This document shows, piece after piece, positions 15,542 through 23,458 of a DNA stretch of 32,000 bases. A program made the position numbers and the translations under genes. Below the pieces are notes generated by a model. It made no database searches. It saw only the letters and a program-made list of their open reading frames with translations, and had not been told where the DNA came from. Source of the DNA: Candidatus Saccharimonadota bacterium (GTDB lineage: Bacteria; Patescibacteriota; Gracilibacteria; UBA1369; 2-02-FULL-48-14); NCBI GenBank assembly GCA_965230905.1, contig OZ246396.1:30001-62000 (forward strand), read 5' to 3'. Within the stretch, counting starts at the first letter, position 1. Each line of letters opens with the position of its first letter.

Positions 15542-16054
15542 ATGAAGGAAGTTTTAAAAATTGGGCGGGATTTAGCACTGCCTATTTTGTTAGCCATGGG
15601 CTGTGTGCGAGAAAATACTGACCCGGTGGCACATTGGATAGATCACGAAGGTGAAAGTTTTGACATTCGGATTCAATCGAGCGGAGAGGAGGTGACTGCA
15701 ATTCCCTACAGCCTGTTGGCGCTCATGCAAGATGGTGATGAAATCGACACCGATGGACATACAAACTTTGAGCTGCCTATTCGCACAGACCCAGACGTGA
15801 GTGAGGATGAGCAATTTGATCTGGAAGCAGAAGCCTTCAGCGTGCTTTATGTGAATGCCGAAACCTGGTGTAAAGCCCTGGACTGGCTCAGTATTTATAA
15901 GCTTTTTATAGTGGAACAAGACGGCTGCATTAGTGACCAAACGACTTGTGGAGAACAAACCTGTGACAAAGGCCGCCTGTGGACCGTTTACCAAGAAGCC
16001 ATAAATCCAGTGAAAGAAGATTCGGATACCAGTGAGGAAATGGAGGAGATTTGA
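15542..16054 (+). CDS. hypothetical acidic protein, possible lipoprotein
   Basis: The start ATG 15542 is preceded by AGGAGG, the only strong SD in the window. MKEVLKIGRDLALPILLAMGC is a signal with a Cys. Confidence 0.5.
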   Translation: MKEVLKIGRDLALPILLAMGCVRENTDPVAHWIDHEGESFDIRIQSSGEEVTAIPYSLLALMQDGDEIDTDGHTNFELPIRTDPDVSEDEQFDLEAEAFSVLYVNAETWCKALDWLSIYKLFIVEQDGCISDQTTCGEQTCDKGRLWTVYQEAINPVKEDSDTSEEMEEI

Positions 16055-16062
16055 GGACTAGT

Positions 16063-16473
16063 TTAGCTTGCCATTTGATCTCCGATTTGGCCGTGGGTAT
16101 TTTGCAATCTATCCTTTAATGCTGCGTCGGAGTGCAAAGCTGGCAACGCACCTGCATCCACCCATTCGACTTCGCCTGCAGAGGAGAAGAAAAAGTCCCA
16201 CTCTTCGCCCTCTACTTTGTCCTTAGTGAGCAATTTTTTGTCTATAAGGTACGCCTTGAGAGAAAGTTCAAAGATTTCGTCGTCTGCGCTTTCGGGCAAA
16301 CCGTTAAAAAGATCACTTATGACTTCTGAGCTCAGTTTTATATCGGATTCAAGCAGCACAGCGCGTATGGCTTCATACCAGTCGGCGAATTCCTGCGTTT
16401 CGAAACAGCGAACTCCGGCCTCTTCTATGAAGTTGAAAGATAACTTTACGGGCTCAAAAGGCACTAGTTCCAT
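16063..16473 (-). CDS. hypothetical acidic protein
   Basis: 136-aa ORF, 38 nt downstream of the PhzF-like gene on the same strand. No family recognised. Confidence 0.45.
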   Translation of the reverse strand: MELVPFEPVKLSFNFIEEAGVRCFETQEFADWYEAIRAVLLESDIKLSSEVISDLFNGLPESADDEIFELSLKAYLIDKKLLTKDKVEGEEWDFFFSSAGEVEWVDAGALPALHSDAALKDRLQNTHGQIGDQMAS

Positions 16474-16511
16474 TCTTTTTTATTTACTCGCTTAATACTA
16501 TAGCACAACTT

Positions 16512-17351
16512 TTAGGCTGAAACTGCATAGCCCTCGAGGTAAATCTTCTTTGAGTTTCCGCTGACTTCCATCCTTACAACAAGGTCACCCACCCCTTCCA
16601 GCCCAGGGCCGCAGCGTAGCAAAAATTCTTGCTGATTAGGTCTCAAGTGTTTTTGTAAATACTCAGCGAGAGCTACTGAGCCCACCCCGCAAACTAAATC
16701 CTCTTCATCCCGATTTGGGAAATGACGTGCGTGAGCGTCGAGTTTTTCTGCGTCCACTGTAAATGGAAAAAGTCCCGTGATTGGATCCGCCTCCGTTGAA
16801 TAACGAGTGCACAGTGCTCGAATCGACGTGAAGTCTCTCTGAATTTTAAGTAGATTCTCAAGTGTTACAGGAATCATAAGCTTCATTTTTCCTGGAGCCC
16901 CTACGAGTTGAATGGGCAGATCATCAAGAATTCGGTCAATGTGAAGGGCTTCGGACAGTTCTTCTTTTGGGATTTCTAAATCTCTAAATTCTGGAACAGA
17001 CTGGGTTTGAGAAATTTTGCCGTCGGGGAAACGAGTCACTTCGATTGTAGTTCCCTTTGTATTTACGAATTCTCCATGCACGGGTTGTTCTTGTGGCGGG
17101 AATGCAATGTGTGCGGCTGCCAAAGTAGCATGACCACAAGCAAAGGTTTCCGTTGCACCATTTTCATAGAGGAAACGGATTGGGATTGGGTTTTGGCGAG
17201 TATCAATAATAGCTGCGACCGCGCATTGGGCTTCCCTAACTAAGTTCATCGCCTCTTCTGAATCCAGAGGTGCATCAATAACAATAGCGGGATTTCCCAG
17301 CTCTGGATTTTTTGTGAATGCTTTGACAGTGATTGCTCGGAGCTTTTCCAT
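16512..17351 (-). CDS. PhzF-family isomerase-like protein
   Basis: 279 aa. AFTKNPELGNPAIVI and FACGHATLAAAHI are typical PhzF/YddE motifs. Confidence 0.8.
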   Translation of the reverse strand: MEKLRAITVKAFTKNPELGNPAIVIDAPLDSEEAMNLVREAQCAVAAIIDTRQNPIPIRFLYENGATETFACGHATLAAAHIAFPPQEQPVHGEFVNTKGTTIEVTRFPDGKISQTQSVPEFRDLEIPKEELSEALHIDRILDDLPIQLVGAPGKMKLMIPVTLENLLKIQRDFTSIRALCTRYSTEADPITGLFPFTVDAEKLDAHARHFPNRDEEDLVCGVGSVALAEYLQKHLRPNQQEFLLRCGPGLEGVGDLVVRMEVSGNSKKIYLEGYAVSA

Positions 17352-17361
17352 GACTCGGATT

Positions 17362-17970
17362 CTAGCAAAGTTTGGCTATTTTGACTAAAAGTCTGAGGTA
17401 AATTGTTTCCATAGGCTCATAGTTTTGAAGCATTCCATGCTTACATGCGTCAATAAATTCTTTGTCAGGGATTTTCTTGAAATCCACAGCTTCATATCCG
17501 ACATTCATCGTTAAAAGATCCAAAAATAAACGTAATGTACGTCCATTCCCCTCTCGAAAAGGATGGATAACATTGAGTTCACAGTGAATTGACGCGAGCT
17601 TTCTAGCAATTTCTTCTTTTGAGTCTTTCTCTATAAGCTTGTCCTTTTCGAATTCTGACTCGAATTGTTTTAGAGCACTTTCAATGTTTTGTGCTGGAGC
17701 AAAGAAAGCATCACCTTTCGAGATGTTCACTGTACGAATCTTACCTGCCCAGGTGTAGAGAGGCCCGAGGAAGTAGTCATGAAGTTCAAAAAATAGATCA
17801 AGGTTGAGCTTCAGTTTGTTTTCGCTTAAAAGTTGAAGGAAATGCTCATAAGCATCCGTCAAAAGAAGAGTCTCAAGATCTTCCAACTCTTTAGGATCTT
17901 TGATTCCAAGTTTGTTCTTCAAAATGTCTGCTTGGTCACCTCCTGTATTATATCGCGAAACCCCTACCAT
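17362..17970 (-). CDS. Fic/Fido-domain toxin (FicT/VbhT-like adenylyltransferase)
   Basis: The Fic active-site motif HPFREGNGRTLR is present, i.e. HxFx(D/E)GNGRxxR. The N-terminal ILKNKLGI and the Y.WAG..R segments are as in FicT-type toxins. Confidence 0.9.
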   Translation of the reverse strand: MVGVSRYNTGGDQADILKNKLGIKDPKELEDLETLLLTDAYEHFLQLLSENKLKLNLDLFFELHDYFLGPLYTWAGKIRTVNISKGDAFFAPAQNIESALKQFESEFEKDKLIEKDSKEEIARKLASIHCELNVIHPFREGNGRTLRLFLDLLTMNVGYEAVDFKKIPDKEFIDACKHGMLQNYEPMETIYLRLLVKIAKLC

Positions 17971-18103
17971 ATTTCTTTAATTTATTGATGGCGGTTTTAT
18001 TGTTCTTCGCTCGCTCAAAACTAATACCTTCTAACCTTGAAGAGGCGCTGACTACTCTATGAATCATCGCCTTTCTAGCCGCAGGAGTCATTACTGTTTT
18101 CAT
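17948..18103 (-). CDS. FicA/VbhA-like antitoxin (51 aa, absent from the supplied ORF track)
   Basis: Manual translation gives MKTVMTPAARKAMIHRVVSASSRLEGISFERAKNNKTAINKLKKYGRGFAI. SSRLEG fits the Fic inhibitory motif (S/T)xxxE(G/N) (VbhA has SQRLEG). It overlaps the Fic start by 23 nt. Confidence 0.65.
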   Translation of the reverse strand: MKTVMTPAARKAMIHRVVSASSRLEGISFERAKNNKTAINKLKKYGRGFAI

Positions 18104-18105
18104 GT

Positions 18106-18129
18106 GCCTATTTTACGTGAGAAATAGGC
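18106..18129 (-). promoter_or_regulatory. 8-bp perfect inverted repeat immediately upstream of the antitoxin start (operator or 5' hairpin)
   Basis: gcctattt (18106-18113) and aaataggc (18122-18129) are separated by tacgtgag. The repeat begins 3 nt from the antitoxin ATG. Confidence 0.35.
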
Positions 18130-18169
18130 CTTTTACTAGCAAACTTTTCGTGCTTTTTGAATTTTTTTT

Positions 18170-18246
18170 TGGTGGGCCCGGCTGGACTTGAACCAGCGAC
18201 CAAGAAGTTATGAGCCTCCTGCTCTGACCAACTGAGCTACGGGCCC
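18170..18246 (-). tRNA. tRNA with CAU anticodon (elongator Met, or Ile2 if lysidine-modified), CCA encoded
   Basis: The reverse complement is gggcccgtagctcagttggtcagagcaggaggctcataacttcttggtcgctggttcaagtccagccgggcccacca. The cloverleaf is complete. G1-C72 pairs and no 3xGC anticodon stem is present, so it is not an initiator. Confidence 0.9.
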
Positions 18247-18303
18247 CCGAAAACCAAAAAACCGGGCTTAGTTTAAAGGCAAAAAAGTGTTTGGGCAATG
18301 AGC

Positions 18304-18618
18304 TTATTTTTCTGATTCCACAGTATAAGTGCCGTCTAAAGGTGTTTCGTTATCTAAACCTGCTTCATCCCTGTTGGGCCACAGCTCAATGCCATTTTTA
18401 GTGATGAGTTTTGTAACATTATTTGTTACTGCCCACCCCTTCCAATCTTTATCTATCTCTTCAGATGGAACAAAAGCAGTTCTTAGGGTGACTACCTTAG
18501 GTTCTACACTAAGATTGACGGATTCGGCGTAGGGACCTCTGGGTTCTGAACCATCTGAGTAAGCCATAAGTGGTTGAAGTAAGTAGTAAAAAAATACTAA
18601 CCTGGCGGCTTTACACAT
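18304..18618 (-). CDS. hypothetical secreted protein
   Basis: ORF 18304-18666, with ATG 18618 as the likely start (MCKAARLVFFYYLLQPLMAYS, signal-like). Confidence 0.45.
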   Translation of the reverse strand: MCKAARLVFFYYLLQPLMAYSDGSEPRGPYAESVNLSVEPKVVTLRTAFVPSEEIDKDWKGWAVTNNVTKLITKNGIELWPNRDEAGLDNETPLDGTYTVESEK

Positions 18619-18707
18619 GTCAAACTTATTTTTTAAACTCCCATTTAAACCTGATGTATTTGCCAAGTTTCTCCTTTATAGGTATCTTGGTGTCCCACTT
18701 GACCACC

Positions 18708-19493
18708 ATGTTGCTCGACATTCAAAATCTACACATTTCGGCGCCCGATAAGGAGATCGTGCATGGGGTTTCCCTGCAGATCAAACCGGGCGAGATTCAC
18801 GCCATCATGGGACCCAATGGATCTGGGAAGAGCACGTTGTCGGCGACTTTGATGGGGCATCCTAAATATAAAGCGACTGAGGGAACCGTACAGTTTGATG
18901 GGAAAGATTTGATGAAGATGGACCCGAGCCAGCGAGCCGTTGCAGGTTTGTTTTTGGCCTTTCAGTATCCCAAGGAAATTCCGGGGGTGAACATGGTTTC
19001 GTTTTTACGCGCTTCGTACAACGCCATTAACAAGGGGCGCGACAAAGATTTTAAAGCGCTGCCTTTGTATAATTTCAAGAAACTTTTACAGGAAAAAATG
19101 GAGCTCGTTGGACTTTCCAAAGCTTTCATGACTCGAAATACGAACGAAGGATTTTCGGGAGGAGAAAAGAAGAAAGCGGAAGTTTTACAGATGGCTTTAT
19201 TGGAACCACGTTTGGCTATTTTGGATGAAACGGACAGCGGACTCGACATTGATGCACTGCGAACGATTTGTGGCGCGATTGAAGCCGTGAGAAAAGCTGA
19301 TCAAAGTCTCTTGATGGTCACCCACTACGAGCGCATGCTCAAATATCTGAAGCCCGACTACATCCACATCATGATGGACGGAAAAATTGTGATGAGCGGA
19401 GGCAAGGAACTGGCTGCTAAACTCGAAGAAGAAGGGTATGATTATGTTCGCAAGTTGCTCAGCGAAAAGAATCCCCTAAAAGTACTGAAATGA
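18708..19493 (+). CDS. sufC: Fe-S cluster assembly ATPase SufC
   Basis: Start moved to ATG 18708. Walker A GPNGSGKST, the ABC signature FSGGEKKK and Walker B ILDETDSGLD are present. Confidence 0.95.
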   Translation: MLLDIQNLHISAPDKEIVHGVSLQIKPGEIHAIMGPNGSGKSTLSATLMGHPKYKATEGTVQFDGKDLMKMDPSQRAVAGLFLAFQYPKEIPGVNMVSFLRASYNAINKGRDKDFKALPLYNFKKLLQEKMELVGLSKAFMTRNTNEGFSGGEKKKAEVLQMALLEPRLAILDETDSGLDIDALRTICGAIEAVRKADQSLLMVTHYERMLKYLKPDYIHIMMDGKIVMSGGKELAAKLEEEGYDYVRKLLSEKNPLKVLK

Positions 19494-20899
19494 CGGCACT
19501 CGATTATCTTGAAGATCTCGATCGGAGCGTCTTTGATGGCCACAATGAACAGGGCTATGCACAGAACGCACAAAAAGGTCTCTCGGAGGCTCTGATTCGA
19601 CGAATCGCGAAGGATAAAAACGAGCCGGAGTGGATGCTAGAACACCGGCTCAACAGTTTGAAAAAATGGTATGAGCTGAAATTGCCGACCTTTGGTGTGG
19701 AACTTGGACACATTGATTTTGACGACATCATTTATTACGCGGCGCCCAACGACATGAAGGGTTACGCGACCAAATGGGAAGATGTGCCGGATGATATTAA
19801 AAAAACTTTTGAACGACTGGGGATTCCCGAAGCCGAACGGAAGGTTTTGGCGGGAACAGGAGCGCAGTACGACTCTGTGAATGCGTATCACAAACTCAAA
19901 GAGGAATGGGAAAACGTGGGAGTGATTTTTGAAGACATGGACGTGGCGCTGCAAAAATATCCGGATTTGGTGAAGCAGTACTTTATGAAACTGGTGCCTT
20001 CGCACGACCACAAATTCGCGGCTCTGCACGGCGCCGTGTGGTCTGGAGGAACCTTTTTGTTCATTCCCAAAGGCGTAAAAGTGACGGCTCCGCTCCAGGC
20101 CTACTTCCGCATGAACGCCAAGAGCATGGGGCAATTCGAGCACACGCTGATTATTATTGAAGAAGGCGCGGAGGGGCATTACATCGAAGGATGCAGCGCG
20201 CCCAAATACGGCAGCACTTCCCTGCACGCCGGATGCGTGGAAATTTTTGTGAAACCCAATGCGAAGTTCCGCTATTCCAGCGTAGAAAACTGGTCACAAG
20301 ATACTTATAACTTGAACACCAAGCGCGCGGTGGTGGACGAAGACGCGACCATGGAATGGGTGGGCGGAAACTTGGGCAGCGGACGAACCATGCTCTACCC
20401 CTGCTCCATTCTGCGCGGACGCGGTTCTCACGCGGATCACCTGGGTGTTGCCTTTGCTAATAAGGATCAAATTCAAGACACGGGCGCGAAAGTCATTCAC
20501 CTGGCTCCCGATACGACTTCAACTGTTTTGACAAAGAGCATTAGTAAGGGCGGCGGACGCAATGTGTACCGTGGACTTTTGCAGGTTAATAAAGGTGCGA
20601 GCGGGGCGAAATCCCAAGTGCGCTGCGACAGTTTGATTTTGGATGATTTGTCGATCAGCGACACCTACCCCGTGATGCGCATCAACGAAGACGACGTGTC
20701 GATTGGGCACGAGGCGAGCACGGGCCGCATCAGCGAGGATCAACTCTTTTATTTACAAAGTCGTGGACTCAGCGAGGACGAAGCGCTGGCCATGATCGTG
20801 AACGGTTTCATCGACCCGATTGTGAAGGAACTGCCGCTGGAATACGCAGTGGAAATGAACCGTCTCATTGAAATGGAAATGGAAAAAGCTATCGCATGA
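19490..20899 (+). CDS. sufB: Fe-S cluster assembly scaffold SufB
   Basis: 469 aa. It has the typical SufB beta-helix core and the C-terminal LFYLQSRGLSEDEA. The start overlaps sufC through ATGA. Confidence 0.95.
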   Translation: MTALDYLEDLDRSVFDGHNEQGYAQNAQKGLSEALIRRIAKDKNEPEWMLEHRLNSLKKWYELKLPTFGVELGHIDFDDIIYYAAPNDMKGYATKWEDVPDDIKKTFERLGIPEAERKVLAGTGAQYDSVNAYHKLKEEWENVGVIFEDMDVALQKYPDLVKQYFMKLVPSHDHKFAALHGAVWSGGTFLFIPKGVKVTAPLQAYFRMNAKSMGQFEHTLIIIEEGAEGHYIEGCSAPKYGSTSLHAGCVEIFVKPNAKFRYSSVENWSQDTYNLNTKRAVVDEDATMEWVGGNLGSGRTMLYPCSILRGRGSHADHLGVAFANKDQIQDTGAKVIHLAPDTTSTVLTKSISKGGGRNVYRGLLQVNKGASGAKSQVRCDSLILDDLSISDTYPVMRINEDDVSIGHEASTGRISEDQLFYLQSRGLSEDEALAMIVNGFIDPIVKELPLEYAVEMNRLIEMEMEKAIA

Positions 20900-21645
20900 T
20901 TAAAACTCTCAAAAATCAGGACGTGTACAGCCTCCCCGAAGACGCTTCCGTTTCGCTGGTGATTGAAGCGGGTGCTGAGGTGTGGGTGGAAGCGAATGAC
21001 GCGGCTGCAAAAGTGGACGTGCGACTCATGCCCGGCGCTCATGTGCGTTGGATGACTTATCACGGAGGAAAATCGGAGAAAAACTTTGTGCTGGAGGAAG
21101 GCGCTTTGCTGGAATACTTCCACCACGTGCTAGGCGACAGCGAAGAAAATACTATTGTGACGCTGCAAGGAAACGAGAGTCGCGTGCTGAGCCAAACCAT
21201 TTTCTTTGGCCGCGAGAGCGATAAGCAAACCCTGCGCGTAGACCACATTCACCAAGGGAAAAATACGGTTTCTAAAATGATTTCGCGTGGCGCGGTGAAA
21301 GACAGTGCGTACGGACATTTTTATGGAAACATTCGCATGCTGCCCGGTTGCAGCGGCGGCGACGCGATGCTGGAAGAACACAACTTGCTGCTCAGCAAAG
21401 GCTGTAAAATTGAGGCGGTGCCGGGTCTGGAGATTCAGCACAATGAAGTGCAGGCTTCGCATTCCGCCACGCTGGAAAAAGTGGACGAAGAAAAACTTTT
21501 CTACCTGCAAAGTCGTGGACTGAGCCCGGAAGAAGGGCTGGAGCTTTTGGTGGAAGGATTCTTTTGGGATGCGCTGCAAAAGTGCCCAAACCTTGCTTTT
21601 TCGGAACGAATCTTTAAAGATATCCTTACATGTCTCTCCAAATAA
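20896..21645 (+). CDS. sufD: SufD-like protein (short form)
   Basis: 249 aa. The SufB/D C-terminal motif LFYLQSRGLSPEEG is present. The start overlaps sufB through ATGA. It is much shorter than the roughly 400+ aa typical of SufD. Confidence 0.8.
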   Translation: MIKTLKNQDVYSLPEDASVSLVIEAGAEVWVEANDAAAKVDVRLMPGAHVRWMTYHGGKSEKNFVLEEGALLEYFHHVLGDSEENTIVTLQGNESRVLSQTIFFGRESDKQTLRVDHIHQGKNTVSKMISRGAVKDSAYGHFYGNIRMLPGCSGGDAMLEEHNLLLSKGCKIEAVPGLEIQHNEVQASHSATLEKVDEEKLFYLQSRGLSPEEGLELLVEGFFWDALQKCPNLAFSERIFKDILTCLSK

Positions 21646-22841
21646 AAGACCGCTTCCCTATCTTCCAAAATCATCCTGATTTGGTGTATTTGGACAGTGC
21701 GTCTACGGCGCAGCGACTCGACGATTCGCTATTGGCGGAGCAGCGCTACTATTTGGAATACAACGCCAATGTGCACCGCGGGCTCTACCCCATGGCGGAG
21801 GAAGCCACCACGCATTATGAAAATGTGCGAGTGATTGCGCGAAAGTTTTTGAATGCCGGCAAAGACGGAGAAATTATTTTTACGCGTGGAACCACGGAAG
21901 CCCTGAATATTGTTGCGCATTGCTGGGGACGGAAATTTTTGCGGGCCGGGGATGAAATTGTTTTGAGCATTTTGGAGCACCACTCCAACCTCGTGCCGTG
22001 GCAGATGATTGCGAAGGAAACGGGCGCCGTGGTGAAATTTTGCCCCATTTTGAATACGGGAAATTTGGATTATAAGGCGCTCGAAAAACTCGTGACGAAG
22101 AAAACCAAAATTGTAAGCATCACCGGACTTTCCAATACCTTGGGGACGCTGATTGATTTGCCGGTGGTGGTGCGGCTGGCACGAAAAGTAGGCGCAAAAA
22201 TCTGTGTGGATGCAGCGCAACTGGCGGCACACATGCCTATTGATGTAAAAAAACTGGATGTGGATTTTCTAGCGTTTTCTGGGCACAAAATTTATGGGCC
22301 GACCGGATGCGGCGTGCTCTACGCAAAACGTGAAATTCTCGAGGCCATGGACCCTTGGCTGGGTGGCGGCGACATGATTCGTGAAGTGCACGAGGAATTT
22401 TCCACTTGGAACGATTTGCCTTGGAAATTTGAAGCGGGCACGCCAAACATCGCTCAAGTGCTTGGCATGGGAGCGGCCATGGACTTTTTGATGAAACTAG
22501 GAAAAAATGCGATGATGAAGCACGACCGCGAGATGCAGGAATACACGTTTAAAACTCTGAATGAGCTGCCTTTTGTGACCGTTTATGGGCCCAAGGGTTT
22601 TGACCAACATCGCGGAAGTATTTCTTTCACCGTGAAGGGCGTGCATCCGCACGATGTGGCAGCGATTTTGGGTGACGAAGGCATTTGTGTTCGAGCTGGC
22701 CATCACTGCACCATGCCACTTATGAAGGCACTCTGTCTCATTTCTACGGTGCGTGTGAGTTTTGGAATATACAATACCAAAAAAGACGTCGAGGCTCTGA
22801 GGGACGGCCTCAAAAAAGTGGCGACTATCTTTAAGTTATAG
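21630..22841 (+). CDS. sufS: cysteine desulfurase SufS (class V aminotransferase)
   Basis: YLDSASTAQ, the PLP-lysine motif SGHKIYGPTG, and the active-site RAGHHC are present. Confidence 0.93.
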   Translation: MSLQIKDRFPIFQNHPDLVYLDSASTAQRLDDSLLAEQRYYLEYNANVHRGLYPMAEEATTHYENVRVIARKFLNAGKDGEIIFTRGTTEALNIVAHCWGRKFLRAGDEIVLSILEHHSNLVPWQMIAKETGAVVKFCPILNTGNLDYKALEKLVTKKTKIVSITGLSNTLGTLIDLPVVVRLARKVGAKICVDAAQLAAHMPIDVKKLDVDFLAFSGHKIYGPTGCGVLYAKREILEAMDPWLGGGDMIREVHEEFSTWNDLPWKFEAGTPNIAQVLGMGAAMDFLMKLGKNAMMKHDREMQEYTFKTLNELPFVTVYGPKGFDQHRGSISFTVKGVHPHDVAAILGDEGICVRAGHHCTMPLMKALCLISTVRVSFGIYNTKKDVEALRDGLKKVATIFKL

Positions 22842-23079
22842 ATGGGTTCCGCCTTTTTGCTTCCTCAATCACTTCTTTGGGAATCATTTTGTAAGCTGCG
22901 AGGAGAAGCGACGGCAGAATGACTAAATCGTCTATTTGACCGAGCAAGGGTAGAAAATCGGGAAGCAGATCGAAGGGCAAAATGAGGTACGCCAGGGCAA
23001 TCCAGGGAAGCGCCTTAGAAACCCAGGGAGTTTTCCTGTGTTTGAGTAAGAAACGAAAGAAGTGAATAAATTTGCTCAT
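22831..23079 (-). CDS. DUF1232/YkvA-like small membrane protein
   Basis: Only the C-terminal 82 aa of ORF 22831-23385 are taken, starting at ATG 23079. ALAYLILPFDLLPDFLPLLGQIDDL is the DUF1232 pattern. The upstream part of the ORF is the antisense shadow of sufU. Confidence 0.6.
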   Translation of the reverse strand: MSKFIHFFRFLLKHRKTPWVSKALPWIALAYLILPFDLLPDFLPLLGQIDDLVILPSLLLAAYKMIPKEVIEEAKRRNPSIT

Positions 23080-23098
23080 GCTTGTATACTGCTTGGTG

Positions 23099-23458
23099 AT
23101 GGACCTGTACGCAGAACAAATCATAGACCTTTCCAAGAATCCGCTCAACCGCGGGGAAATGGCCGATGCTACCTTGACGCATTCCGGCGTGAACACCACT
23201 TGTGGAGACCACGTGCGCTTGTATTTGAAAACGTCAGCTGGGAAAGTGACGGATGCTTCGTGGGAGGGAGATGGCTGTGCCATCAGTTTTGCGGCGGCGT
23301 CGGTTTTGACAGAGGAAGTGAAAGGAAAAAAACTAGCAGATTTGGGCGGGCTGGCGAAGGAAGATTTGTACGAGTGGCTGGGCATTGATCACTTGGGACC
23401 GGCGCGGGTGAAATGTGTGACGCTGAGTTTGGAAACTTTACACGGAGCCCTAAAATGA
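23099..23458 (+). CDS. sufU: SufU/IscU-type Fe-S scaffold (NifU N-terminal domain)
   Basis: NPLNRG, TCGD, GDGCAIS and the C-terminal RVKCVTLS are present, giving the conserved Cys triad layout. Confidence 0.85.
   Translation: MDLYAEQIIDLSKNPLNRGEMADATLTHSGVNTTCGDHVRLYLKTSAGKVTDASWEGDGCAISFAAASVLTEEVKGKKLADLGGLAKEDLYEWLGIDHLGPARVKCVTLSLETLHGALK

Noticed and set aside
15181-18303. A classical integrated island at tRNA-Ala or tRNA-CAU with att direct repeats.
   Set aside because: I could find no duplicated copy of either tRNA 3' end, and the window has no integrase or recombinase gene.
23080-23385. N-terminal 102 codons of ORF 22831-23385.
   Set aside because: This part is antisense to the well-supported sufU gene and has no recognisable features. 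Only the C-terminal 82 aa, from ATG 23079, show the DUF1232 pattern.
18708-23458. Alternative genetic code (TGA recoded as an amino acid, as in some candidate phyla).
   Set aside because: sufC, sufB and sufU all terminate at TGA at lengths matching their families, and no conserved gene is interrupted by an in-frame TGA.
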